Positions 44,129 through 54,519 of a DNA stretch of 64,000 nt are shown here, in pieces. The DNA comes from an uncultured Chloroflexia bacterium. Its GTDB lineage: Bacteria; Chloroflexota; Limnocylindria; QHBO01. A program made the translations under genes and the position numbers. The notes beneath the pieces are model-generated. The model did not search any database and was not told the DNA's origin. It saw only the letters and a program-made list of their open reading frames with translations. The stretch lies in the NCBI GenBank assembly GCA_963827475.1, contig CAWHAZ010000005.1:96001-160000 (forward strand), given 5' to 3'. Numbering within the stretch: the stretch's first letter is position 1; the number at the start of each line of letters is the position of its first letter.

Positions 44129-44653
44129 ATGGAGCCAGAGTTCGACGCCTACAGCACGCTGCAGATCGATCCCCTCGCCGAGGAGATCGTGCTCGATGCC
44201 GCCTACCGTGCGCTGGCGCGTCGCTATCACCCTGACGGGGAGTCACCCAGCCCGGCCCGCATGGCCGATATCAACCGCGCCTACGCCCTGCTGAGGACGC
44301 CGGAGCTCCGGCGCCGGTACGACGTCGGGCGGAAGTTCTCTCCGGTCGGTCCCGCGGCCGCCGCTCCCTCCCCAACCGCCGACCTTCGCTCCCGCCTGCA
44401 CCCGGACGAGGCGCCGGTCGGCGCGGCCGGTGCGGCAGGTGCTTCAGGTGCCGCCCCCGCCGACACGAACGGGCAGATCGGTCCCGGATCCGCGCTCGAC
44501 TTCGGCCGATACGAGGGCTGGAAGCTGCGTGACCTGGCCCGGCGCGACCCGGACTACCTCCGCTGGTTGGTCCGTCACTCGTCAGGGATCCGCTACCGGA
44601 CCGCGATCGAGCAGGTCCTGCGCGAGATGCGCCTCGCCGCCGCCCGCGACTGA
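44129..44653 (+). CDS. J-domain protein with a C-terminal FGxYxG..DPDYLRWL domain, copy 2
   Basis: ARRYHPD; DFGRYEGWKLRDLARRDPDYLRWLVRHSSGIRYR. Confidence 0.85.
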   Translation: MEPEFDAYSTLQIDPLAEEIVLDAAYRALARRYHPDGESPSPARMADINRAYALLRTPELRRRYDVGRKFSPVGPAAAAPSPTADLRSRLHPDEAPVGAAGAAGASGAAPADTNGQIGPGSALDFGRYEGWKLRDLARRDPDYLRWLVRHSSGIRYRTAIEQVLREMRLAAARD

Positions 44654-44685
44654 CCCGCCGCGAGGTCCCCGCTGTACGATCGGGG

Positions 44686-45130
44686 GTGATGGCTGACCCG
44701 AGCGCGGCCGCAACCGACGAGAGCGCCGACGGAACCTGGCGCGCGGGCGCACGGCACCGCTCGAACCGGCGGAGGCGGACCGCCTCTTCCGCGAGGGCGT
44801 GGCCCTGTTCAACGGGGCGCGCTACTGGCACGCCCACGAGAAGTGGGAAACCCTGTGGCGTGCCGCGCCCGACGACGAGCGCGACTTCTACCAGGGCCTG
44901 ATCAAGCTGGCGGCCGGATTCCTCCACCTCTCCCGCCGGAACCGGCGCGGGGCGCGGAACAAGCTGAGCGAGGGGATCGACCACCTCGAGCCCTACGAGC
45001 CGATCCACGACGGGATCGGCGTCAGCGAGCTGGTGGGCAAGGCCAAGGAGGTCGTCGCCGACCTGAACGGCGGCGCCAACCCCTACCTCATCCCGCCGAG
45101 CATCCGCTTCGTGGCTTCCACTCCATGTAG
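44686..45130 (+). CDS. DUF309 domain protein (frameshifts)
   Basis: [18 protein letters not shown]...[14 protein letters not shown]. Confidence 0.85.
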
Positions 45131-45134
45131 ACCG

Positions 45135-46535
45135 ATGACGGAGGAGGCAACCAGGCTGGAGCACGACTCCATGGGCGAGGTCGCGGTCCCGGCCAGCGCG
45201 AAGTGGGGCGCCACCACCCAGCGGGCGGTCGAGAACTTCCCGATCAGCGGCCAGCGGATGGACCCCGCGGTCATCCATGCCCTGGGCCGGATCAAGGCCG
45301 CGGCGGCATCGGTCAATGCGCAGCTGGGGGTGATCGAGACCGATGCGGCGGCCGCCATCCAGGCAGCCGCCGAGGAAGTGGCGGCCGGTGGCTGGGACGA
45401 CCAGTTCCCGATCGACGTCTTCCAGACCGGGTCCGGCACCTCGTCGAACATGAACGCCAACGAGGTCATCGCAACCCTCGCCGCCGAGCAGTTCGGCCAG
45501 CCGGTCCATCCCAACGACCACGTCAACGCGTCGCAGTCGTCGAACGACGTCATCCCGTCCGCCATCCACCTGGCCGCGACCGATGGGGTGGTGAACGACC
45601 TCATCCCGGCGCTCGACCGAGCTGGCGGAGGCGCTGGAGGCGAAGGCCGCCGAGTTCGCCGATGTCGTGAAGTCCGGGCGCACTCACCTGATGGACGCCA
45701 CGCCGGTGACGCTGGGCCAGGAGTTCGGCGGCTACGCGGCGCAGGTCCGGTACGGGATCGAGCGGCTGGAGGCCACCCTGCCGCGGGTCGGGGAGCTGGC
45801 GCTCGGCGGGACCGCGGTCGGAACCGGGATCAACGCCCCGGCGGGGTTCGCGGCGGCGGTCATCGGGCAGCTGCGCGAGTCGACCGGCCTGCCGCTGACC
45901 GAGGCCCGCAACCATTTCGAGGCACAGGGCGCCCAGGACGGGCTGGTGGAGCTGAGCGGCCAGCTGCGGACGGTGGCCATCGGCCTGTACAAGATCGCGA
46001 CCGACATCCGGTGGATGGGCTCCGGCCCGCGCGCCGGCCTGGCCGAGATCCACGTCCCGGACCTGCAGCCGGGGAGCAGCATCATGCCCGGCAAGGTGAA
46101 CCCGGTCGTGGCCGAGGCGCTGTCCATGGTCTGCGCCCAGGTCATCGGCAACGACGCGGCCGTGGCCTTCGGCGGCAGCCAGGGCAACTTCGAGCTGAAC
46201 ATCATGCTGCCCGTCATCGCCCGCAACGTGCTCGAGTCCATCCGGCTGCTGGCTCGTCCTCGTCCCGCCTGTTCGCGGACCGATGCGTCCGCGGCATCAC
46301 CGCGGACGAGGACCGTGCCCGGGAATACGCCGAGGGCTCACCCTCGGTGGCGACGGCCCTGAACCCGGTCCTCGGTTACGAGGAAGCGGCGAGCATCGCC
46401 AAGCAGGCCCTCGCCGAGCGGAAGTCCATCCGGGACGTTGTCCTCGAGCGTGGCCACGTCGACAACGGCACCCTCATCTTCGCCGACCTCGACCGCCTCC
46501 TCGACGTGCGCCGGATGACGCGTCAGGGAGGTTGA
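45135..46535 (+). CDS. fumC: Class II fumarate hydratase (frameshifts near 45620 and 46255)
   Basis: [43 protein letters not shown] and [11 protein letters not shown]. Confidence 0.93.
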   Translation: MTEEATRLEHDSMGEVAVPASAKWGATTQRAVENFPISGQRMDPAVIHALGRIKAAAASVNAQLGVIETDAAAAIQAAAEEVAAGGWDDQFPIDVFQTGSGTSSNMNANEVIATLAAEQFGQPVHPNDHVNASQSSNDVIPSAIHLAATDGVVNDLIPALDRAGGGAGGEGRRVRRCREVRAHSPDGRHAGDAGPGVRRLRGAGPVRDRAAGGHPAAGRGAGARRDRGRNRDQRPGGVRGGGHRAAARVDRPAADRGPQPFRGTGRPGRAGGAERPAADGGHRPVQDRDRHPVDGLRPARRPGRDPRPGPAAGEQHHARQGEPGRGRGAVHGLRPGHRQRRGRGLRRQPGQLRAEHHAARHRPQRARVHPAAGSSSSRLFADRCVRGITADEDRAREYAEGSPSVATALNPVLGYEEAASIAKQALAERKSIRDVVLERGHVDNGTLIFADLDRLLDVRRMTRQGG

Positions 46536-46554
46536 CCGCTCGAGCGGCCGTTTC

Positions 46555-48522
46555 CTAGGCGACAGCCGCGACCGAAACCGGCTCGCGGATGCCCTTGAGC
46601 TTCTCGGTTCTCAGCGGCCCGTGGGTCACCGCGCGACTCGCTGCCTCGATCGCGTCCTGGCTGATGAGGATCTCGTCGGCCGCGGCGAGCGACGCGATGC
46701 GCGCGGCGACGTGCACCCCGCGGCCGGAGTAGCCGCCGCCACTCTTGTTCGCCTCGGCGGCATGGAGGCCGATGCGGATTGGCGGGGCGAAGCCGTGGTC
46801 GCGTCGGTGGTCGCGCATCGTCCGACGGATGGCGGTGGCAGCCTCGACTGCCTGATCCGCGTCGGCGAAGGCGATGAAGAATCCATCGCCGGCGTGATCC
46901 AGGATCTCGCCTCGGCGCTCCAGGGCGAGGTGGCGGATCGTATCGTCGTGCCAGCGCAGGAGCGCTTCCCAGGCGTCATCACCAATGGCTTCGATGAGAT
47001 CGGTCGATCGGACGACATCGGTGAACATGAAGACGCGCCGAGCCCGGTCAGCACCCTGATCGGAGACCGATGCGCCTTCGATCCGCTCCAATGCGACATG
47101 AGCTGCCTTGAGGTCGGGCTCGGCGCCGAGTCGCTCGAACGTCGCGATCGCCGAGCGAAGCTCCAGCGCAGCCGCATCGGTCCGGCCGCCGGCGATGAGG
47201 GCTCGTCCCAGTGAGGCCCTCGCCCGTGCCGTCTCGTACGGGGCACTGAGCTCCTGCCAGATCCGCCACGACTGGCGAAAGGACTCGACCGCGGTATCGA
47301 CGTCGGCCGCGGCCAGCGCCGCCCGGCCCGTGGCGTCGGCCGCCGCGGCTCGCAATGCATGTGTGCCGTAGGTGTCGGCCAGCCGGCTCATCTCGCTCGC
47401 CGCCGTACGCGCCTCGTCGACAGCCCCGGCTGCCACCGCGGCTTCAACCTGCGCCGGGAGCAGGTGCGCTCGCTCGAGAGGGGTGGCGATCGGATTGCCG
47501 AGTGACTCGCTCAGCAGGCTGCGGGCGACATCGGTCCGGCCCTGCGCCAGGTGGAGCATGGCCAGACCAGGTTGCGGATCGCGGCCGAGCTCATGCGCCT
47601 CGGCAAAGGCCTTGGCGGCGGCCCCGAAGTCGCCCAGCCGGAGGCGGATCTCGCCGATCTGGTAGAAGCCTTCGCCGGCATAGGCGATGGAGAAGTCGCG
47701 GAGCTCGTCACACGCCAGGCGCGCCTCGGACTCGGCTTTCGCCCAGTCTCCCGACAGTCGAATGATCTCCGCCCGTCGCACGCGGCACATGCCGGGGAAG
47801 CCGGCGATCTGCTGCCGATCGCACCAGCGCTCGGCCGCCTCGGCGAAGTCCGCAGCCCGCCGATAGTCGGCCACGTCCTCGCAGATGATCGTCGCGTTGC
47901 AATAGACGATCGCCGCGGCCCGCGGTGAGAGCTCATCTCCGACGGCGGCCACCATCGCCTCCTCGAGCAGGGCCATGCCTTCGTCGACGCGTCCCAGCTC
48001 GACGAGCACGCGACCCTGGTCCTGCATCCCCAGACCGATCAGGTCGCGGTCGCCGAGCCGATTCCCGATTTCGAACACCCGGATGGAGTGCTTCAGGGCG
48101 CCTTCGAGGTCGCCTCGGCCATACGCGGCGTTGCGACGCGCCCGTTCGAGAAGCCCGTGCTCGTGTGACTCGGGCCTCCCCTCCAGAAGGCGCTCCGCCC
48201 GCCGCAGCCACCCGTGGGAGACTGCTCCTTCGAGCCGGTGGCCGTACTCAGTCACGAGTTGCAGTGCGGTCTGCGCGGCACCCTGGATGTCGCCCGAGGC
48301 CGTGTGGCCGGCGTACGCTCGTTCCTGGGCGGCAATCGCTCGGGTCATGCTGCCGGACCACCATTCGGCGTCGCCGAGGAGATCGAGGTCATCCGGCGTC
48401 AGCAGGCCGGCCTCGTCGGCAACAGCGAACAGCTCGACCGCCGCCTGCCAGCGGTGTTCTTCCACGGCAGCTCGCGCCTGGATCAGGGCTGCGGCCGGTG
48501 GCGTCGTTCGGGTCGTGGCCAT
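46555..48522 (-). CDS. TPR-repeat protein with a C-terminal class III nucleotide cyclase domain
   Basis: TPR helices (GDAEWWSG, FYQIGEIRLRLGD, PYETARAR); FMFTDVVRST, AGDGFF and GVHVAARI. Confidence 0.85.
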   Translation of the reverse strand: MATTRTTPPAAALIQARAAVEEHRWQAAVELFAVADEAGLLTPDDLDLLGDAEWWSGSMTRAIAAQERAYAGHTASGDIQGAAQTALQLVTEYGHRLEGAVSHGWLRRAERLLEGRPESHEHGLLERARRNAAYGRGDLEGALKHSIRVFEIGNRLGDRDLIGLGMQDQGRVLVELGRVDEGMALLEEAMVAAVGDELSPRAAAIVYCNATIICEDVADYRRAADFAEAAERWCDRQQIAGFPGMCRVRRAEIIRLSGDWAKAESEARLACDELRDFSIAYAGEGFYQIGEIRLRLGDFGAAAKAFAEAHELGRDPQPGLAMLHLAQGRTDVARSLLSESLGNPIATPLERAHLLPAQVEAAVAAGAVDEARTAASEMSRLADTYGTHALRAAAADATGRAALAAADVDTAVESFRQSWRIWQELSAPYETARARASLGRALIAGGRTDAAALELRSAIATFERLGAEPDLKAAHVALERIEGASVSDQGADRARRVFMFTDVVRSTDLIEAIGDDAWEALLRWHDDTIRHLALERRGEILDHAGDGFFIAFADADQAVEAATAIRRTMRDHRRDHGFAPPIRIGLHAAEANKSGGGYSGRGVHVAARIASLAAADEILISQDAIEAASRAVTHGPLRTEKLKGIREPVSVAAVA

Positions 48523-48618
48523 GGCGCGGCTGATCCTACATCGGCATTCCTCGCGACCCTGTCGGCTGGACGACCCCACCCGCCCTACAATCGGCCGAAG
48601 CCTCAACGTGGAGTGGTC

Positions 48619-50128
48619 GTGACCATCGCGACGAATACGAATCGCAACCTCATCGGCGGGGAGTGGGCTGCGGCCCGATCGGGCAAGACCTTCACCTCGA
48701 CCAGCCCGGCCAATCGGGACGACGTCATCGGCGAATTCGCGGCCAGCGGCAAGGAGGACGTCGACGCCGCAGTGGCGGCGGCCAAGGCGGCGTATCCCGC
48801 CTGGTCGATGATGCCCGCGCCCAAGCGAGGCGAGATCCTGTTCAAGGTCGCGCGGATCCTGACCGAGCACAAGGAAGAGTTGTCCCGCCTCCTGACCCGC
48901 GAGATGGGCAAGGTCCTGCCCGAGGCCCGGGGCGATGTCCAGGAGGCCATCGACGTCGCGTACTACATGGCCGGGGAGGGGCGGCGGCTGTTCGGCTACA
49001 CCGTGCCGTCGGAAATGCCCGACAAGTTCGCGATGGCCATCCGCAAGCCGATTGGCGTGGCCGCAATCATCGCGCCGTGGAACTTCCCGATCGCCATCCC
49101 CGCCTGGAAGCTCTTCCCGGCACTGATCAGCGGCAACACGGCGGTCATGAAACCGGCCTCCGACACCCCCGGCTGCATGATCCGATTCACCGAGCTCCTG
49201 CTCGAGGGCGGGATCCCCGATGGGCGTGGTCAACGTCGTCACAGGCTCCGGCAACGAGGTCGGACACCCGCTGGTCGAGCACCCCGACGTCAAGCTCATT
49301 TCGTTCACCGGCCACACGGAGACCGGGGTCGACATCTCGTCGCGCGCGGCGAAGACGCTGAAGCGCGTCAGCCTGGAGCTTGGCGGCAAGAACCCGATCG
49401 TCATCTGGGACGACGCCGACCTCGACCTGGCCCTGGACTCGGTCATCTGGTCCGCGTTCGGGACCTCCGGCCAGCGCTGCACGGCGGCCAGCCGGATCAT
49501 CGTCCATCGGTCCATCCACGACGACTTCGTCCAGAAGCTCCACAAGCGGGCGGCGGCGCTGGTCCTGGGGGACGGGCTGCTGGAGACGACCGATGTCGGG
49601 CCGGTCATCAACGACAAGGCCGTCGAACGCATCGCTGGGTACATCCATATCGGTGAGAGTGAAGGCGTGCTGGTGGTCGGTGGCGACGTGGCGCGGGACG
49701 GGGAGCTGGCCAAGGGCTCGTTCTTCGAGCCCACCGTGTTTGCGGAAGTGAAGGGCGACGCGCGGATCGCGCAGGAGGAGATCTTCGGGCCGGTCACCGC
49801 TGTCATCCCGGTCGACACCTGGGACGAGGCGGTCCAGGTCGTGAACAGCGTCCAGTACGGGCTGTCGACCTCGCTGTTCACGAACGACGTGAATCTCGCC
49901 TTTCGCTCGATTCGTGACTTCGACTCCGGCCTGGGGTACGTGAACCACGGCACGATCGGGGCGGAGGCGCACCTCCCGTTCGGTGGCACGAAAGCCACCG
50001 GCAACGGCCACCGCGAGGTGGGGCAGACCGCGCTCGACTTCTACACCGAGTGGAAGAGCGTCTACATCGACTACTCGGGCAAGCTCCAGCGGGCCCAGAT
50101 CGACATGGAGTTCGTCGACCAGGACTGA
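48619..50128 (+). CDS. Aldehyde dehydrogenase (frameshift near 49222)
   Basis: PWNFPIAIP, KPAS, SFTG, LELGGKNP, GQRCTA and EEIFGPV. Confidence 0.92.
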
Positions 50129-50191
50129 CGGGACCAGGCGGCCCGAGCGGCCCATAGGCGGTTTTCGGCCTTCGGAGTACGATGGCGGCCC

Positions 50192-50968
50192 ATGCGGTTG
50201 CCCCTGTTCCCGCTCCACGTCGTGGCGTTCCCGCACCTGCCGTTGCCGCTCCACATCTTCGAGCGCAAGTACCGGCAGATGACCGCTGACCTGCTCGAGG
50301 AGGGCAACCCCTACGGCGGGCGGTTCGTGGTGACCATGATCTCCGCCGGCCGCGAGGTGGCGTCGAAACCGGGGACGGGGCAGCTCACCGTGCGGCGGAT
50401 CGGGACCATCTGCGAGATCCGCCGCGCGGACAAGTTCGCAGACGGCCGCTATGCCCTGCTGTCCGTGGGCGTGGGCCGGGCCCGGATCCGCAAGGTCGAC
50501 CACTCGGGCACGTATGCCATCGCGGACGTCACGCCGCTCGATGAGCGCCGCGGCGAGGACGCGGAATCGCTCATCCCCAACGTGCAGGTGGCCCTCGACG
50601 GATACCTCGGGACCATTCGCGAGTTCCTGGCGGAACGAGATGCGGCGGACATGGAGGACCTCCTCGCCGACGCCGAGCTCGGCATCGATCCGGACCTCAT
50701 CCACGAATCGTCGGCGGGGGACGTCAAGCGCGTGACCCGGATGGACCGGTTGATCAAGCCGATTCGCCTGCCGACCGATCCGCTGGCCGCCAGCTACGCG
50801 GTGGCCGGTGTCCTCCAGGTCGAGCTGTCGCGCAAGCAACGTCTGCTGGAAGCGCCAGACGCGGCGGCCCGCCTCCGCGCCGAGCTGGCCCTGCTCCAGC
50901 GCGAGGCCCAGCTGCTGGGGAACGCATCACTGGCCCCGATGGGCCGGTTCGAGTACCACGCCAACTAG
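50192..50968 (+). CDS. LON peptidase substrate-binding (N-terminal) domain protein
   Basis: MRLPLFPLHVVAFP...PLHIFERKYRQM, DGRY and KQRLLE. Confidence 0.88.
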   Translation: MRLPLFPLHVVAFPHLPLPLHIFERKYRQMTADLLEEGNPYGGRFVVTMISAGREVASKPGTGQLTVRRIGTICEIRRADKFADGRYALLSVGVGRARIRKVDHSGTYAIADVTPLDERRGEDAESLIPNVQVALDGYLGTIREFLAERDAADMEDLLADAELGIDPDLIHESSAGDVKRVTRMDRLIKPIRLPTDPLAASYAVAGVLQVELSRKQRLLEAPDAAARLRAELALLQREAQLLGNASLAPMGRFEYHAN

Positions 50969-50971
50969 CTA

Positions 50972-51877
50972 CCTGGCGGCCGGCGGGCGCGTTCCGGCCG
51001 CGGTCGCCCTCGTCCTCCTCCTGACCACCGCCGCCTGCGACGCCGGTGCCTCGTCAATTCCGTCGGCGAGCCCGAGCCCGTCGCCATCGGTCAGTCCGTC
51101 CGAGCCCGAAGCTCCGAGCGTGCCGCCATCTCCCAGCCCAACACCCGGACCCACGCCGGTGGCGAGCGGGTGCCAGGCGAACAACCGGGTGGCGGCAGGG
51201 GAGCCGGAGGTCATCGCCGTCGCGCCGCGACGCCGGGCAGGCGATGGCTCTCACGCTCGACATGGGCGGCCGCCTCGATCCCGCGCTCGACATCATGGCC
51301 TTCCTCATCGCCAACGAGGTGTGCACCACCCTGTTTCCAACCGGCGCCATGAGCGAGACGCCCACCGGTCAGCAGGTGCTGGCCCTCGTCGCGGAGCACC
51401 CGGAGCTGTTCGAGCTGGGCAACCACACCATGCACCACTGCAACCTGCGTGACGGCGGGCTACGGCTCGCCGACCGAGGCGCCATGCCAGACCGGCGGGC
51501 CACCCGACCAGGACTTCGTCGCCGCGGAGCTGACCGATGCCGCCGCCATCCTCCAGGCAGGCTCCGGCCAGGACCCGATCCCGTACTGGCGCCCGCCGTA
51601 CGGGGCCTATTCTCCGGGCGTCCTGGCCACAGCCGCCGACGCCGGCTACACCAAGACGATCATGTGGTCGCAGGACACGATCGACTGGCGGCCACTCTCC
51701 GAAGGCGGGCCGACGGCCGAGCAGATCGCGTCCAGCGTCGTGACCTCCGCCGGCAGCGGCTCGATCATCCTCATGCATCTCGGCGGATACGAGACCCTGG
51801 ACGCGCTCGAGATCATGGTCCCCGCCCTCCGCGAGCGGGGCCTGATGCTGACCTCGGTCAGCGACCTGCTGAACTAG
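50972..51877 (+). CDS. Polysaccharide deacetylase lipoprotein (frameshifts; start approximate)
   Basis: LLLTTAAC lipobox; ALTLDMG, ELGNHTMHH, YWRPPYG, DTIDW and GSIILMH. Confidence 0.82.
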
Positions 51878-52410
51878 CTCGGCGAGGCGGTCTCCGCAGG
51901 CTCGTTCTCCGGATCGAAGCGGATCATCGGGACCTCGCAGGATCCCGGCGTGCGCCTGACCGGGCACAACTGGAGCTGGACCTCGTTGCTGGCGTCGAAA
52001 AGGATGTCGAACACCAGTGCCCGGTAGTTCGCCCCCGACCCGCCGAGGCCCCTGAAATCCACGCACCGTCCGGTGATCTGGAAGTCGGTCCGGATGCGGC
52101 CATCGCAGATCTGGTCGGAGTAGTCAGAATCGGAGCCGGGATCGCGGTAGACCATGAAGAAGCAGTCCCCGACCTGGCGGATGTTCCACAGCGCCACATC
52201 CGAGGAATCGGGCACCGTCCATAGCCCCGTGAGGTTGACCTCGCTGCCGTCCGGGGCATGAAGGTCGATGTCGTTCCCGCAGCCGATGGCCTCCGCGGCG
52301 CCGCCGGCGGAGAAGGGCGTGCTGCTTGGCGAGGGAGCCTCGCTCGAGGGCGCCGTGCAGGCGGCAAGGGCGAGCACGACGGCGCACAGCCCGGCCGTGG
52401 CGAGACTCAT
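51874..52410 (-). CDS. Lipoprotein family copy 7
   Basis: VLALAAC; GCGNDIDLHAPDGSEVNLTGLW...WNIRQVGDCFF...CDGRIRTDFQITGRC...C...C. Confidence 0.85.
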   Translation of the reverse strand: MSLATAGLCAVVLALAACTAPSSEAPSPSSTPFSAGGAAEAIGCGNDIDLHAPDGSEVNLTGLWTVPDSSDVALWNIRQVGDCFFMVYRDPGSDSDYSDQICDGRIRTDFQITGRCVDFRGLGGSGANYRALVFDILFDASNEVQLQLCPVRRTPGSCEVPMIRFDPENEPAETASPS

Positions 52411-52429
52411 CGCCCAGCGACCTGCTGAC

Positions 52430-52933
52430 CTAGCTGGCGGGCGCCCACTGCACCAGCGGATCGTCACACGTGGCCGGTTCGTCGAGCAACCGACAGCGCT
52501 CGAGCTCGATCTGACCACCCTGCGAGAACGAAATCAGGAAATACACGCGCCCCATGTACGGTTCTGACGGCCAATTCTGAATGAGGTCGATGCATCGGGC
52601 GGTGATGAGGAAATCGGTCGCAATCGTCCCGTCGCACATTTCGTTGTAGTAGTCGGGTGGTCCGCTGCTTTGGACGAAAGCCAAGAAGAAGCAGCTGCCG
52701 ATCTGTCGTGCGTGCCATTCCGGCTCCGGTGCGTCGACTGCCGACCACAGGCCGGTGAGGTTCACCAATTGACCATCCGGACCGCGTAGCTCGATCTCCT
52801 CGCACCCGATCTCGCCCGGCACGCCGAGGGCTCCCGCCGGCGTTTCGGTTAGAGGTGGGGCACTGGGCCCGCTGGGACCGGTGCACGCGACCACGAGCAG
52901 GGCCGCTGCGATCGCCGCGAGCCGCCCGCTCAT
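52430..52933 (-). CDS. Lipoprotein family copy 8
   Basis: LLVVAC; GCEEIELRGPDGQLVNLTGLW...WHARQIGSCFF...CDGTIATDFLITARC; its ATG overlaps the CoA-transferase stop. Confidence 0.85.
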   Translation of the reverse strand: MSGRLAAIAAALLVVACTGPSGPSAPPLTETPAGALGVPGEIGCEEIELRGPDGQLVNLTGLWSAVDAPEPEWHARQIGSCFFLAFVQSSGPPDYYNEMCDGTIATDFLITARCIDLIQNWPSEPYMGRVYFLISFSQGGQIELERCRLLDEPATCDDPLVQWAPAS

Positions 52934-53597
52934 CTCCGGATGGGCCAGCCGGAGGCGGCGTCGATGTCGGTCTCGGTGACGCCGTCATGGAGGGCGGAAA
53001 GCTCCATCTCGCCATCGGTCTCGAACCGGTAGACCCCCAGCTGGGTGATGACCGATGTCGGCCCGCCGCTGGCCCACGCCGGCCGCGGGGTGCCGTCCGG
53101 ATGGCGGTGGCCGGGCGAGGTCACGAAGTCAACCCGCTCGACGAAGGTCTTCGGCGACTGGTTCATGACGATGACCACCCGCGCGGCGTTCAGCGCGATC
53201 TCGCAGGCGCCGCCAGAGCCGGGCAGCCGAGTCGTCGGGTGGTCGTACGGACCGATGACCGTGGTGTTCAGGTTGCCCCAGCGGTCGATCTGGGCGGCGC
53301 CGAGCAAGCCGACCTCGATCCGTCCGCCCTGGAGGAAGTAGGCGAACAGGTCATGCATCGACATCGTGGCTGTGGCGCCGCTGACGAGGGCCGGGTCGCC
53401 GATGCTGTCCGGGAGCCTCGTCGGCCGGAGCCGATGACGCCCGACTCGTAGATCAGCTCGAGGTCCGGGGCGACCGTCTGGCGGGCGAGGTTGGCGGCGG
53501 CGTTCGGCAGGCCGATGCCGACGAAGACGGTCTTGACCCCCACCAGCTCCGCCGCGGCGGCAGCGATCATGAGCTCGTCCGGGGTCCTTGCGCTCAT
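52930..53597 (-). CDS. CoA-transferase beta subunit, GctB/PcaJ-like (frameshift near 53430)
   Basis: VFVGIGLP, LIYESG (catalytic Glu), GAAQIDRWGNLNTT and RLPGSGGA. Confidence 0.88.
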
Positions 53598-54519
53598 CGG
53601 TATTCGCCGTAGTCGACCGATCCAGAGGGTCGAGGACCGGGCTTCAGGGCGTCCAAGGTCTCGTGGTCGAGCTTGGCCAGGTACGCGCGCCCGGTCGGGG
53701 ACGTCGCGGACCCATTCGTCCAGCCAGGCGTCCAGACGGGCGGGGTCGCGGCTGATCGGATCCCAGTCGCGGTAGAACGCGTTGTCGCGGTCGTAGTAGC
53801 CCTGGGCGAACGACGGGTGCGCACCGTACGGCTCGACGCAGACGGCCGTGACCGCCACCCCGGGGAGTAGCGTGCGGTCCGGGTCGGAGCGGATGACGTC
53901 GCCGTCGACCAGCTCCTCGACGACCACGATCACGGCGCGTTCGGCGGCGAGGGCCGCCTCCCGCTGGACCCCGACCAGCCCCCAGACCTGGGTGTTGCCC
54001 TCCGCGTCCGCGCGCTGGGCGTGGATGATCGTCACGTCGGGGTTGAGCGGCGGGACGACCGCGACCTCGTCGTCGGGGGCGTAGGGGGAGCTGACCGAGC
54101 GAATCTGCGGGTTGGCGGCCGGCAGGTCCGAGCCGGCGTACGAGCGGAGCGGGTAGAAGGGGAGGTGCGCGGCCCCCGCCACGTATCGGCCCACCATCCC
54201 GAAGTGGCTGTACTCCTCGATCTCGAGGCTGCCGTCCTCCACCGCACGGCGGATGGCGTGCAGCGAGCCGACGCCGGGGTTGCCGAGCCACGAGAACACG
54301 AGCTTGCGCGCGCAGCCGGCGGCCACCATCTGGTCGTAGACCAGGTCCGGGGTCAGCCGGGCCAGGGTCAGGTCCCGGCGGCCCTGGCGGATGATCTCGT
54401 GACCGGCCGCGAACGAGATGAGGTGGGTGAACCCCTCGATCGCGACCAGGTCACCGTCATGGACGTGGGCGGCGACGGCCTCCGCCAGCGGGACAGAACC
54501 TTGCCCGGCGTGCGCTCAG
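53594..54519 (-). CDS. CoA-transferase alpha subunit, GctA/PcaI-like (frameshifts)
   Basis: VAIEGFTHLISFAAGHEIIRQ, FSWLGNPGVGSL, IEEYSH, HAQRADAEGN and GAHPSFAQGYYDRD. Confidence 0.88.

Noticed and set aside
44799-46535. Apparent DUF309-FumC fusion ORF
   Set aside because: A TAG at 45128-45130 in a neighbouring frame directly precedes the fumC ATG; most likely an indel artefact
52930-54519. AibA/AibB-type decarboxylase of alternative isovaleryl-CoA biosynthesis
   Set aside because: The beta subunit retains the catalytic Glu (IYESG) of true CoA-transferases and is not linked to the liu genes
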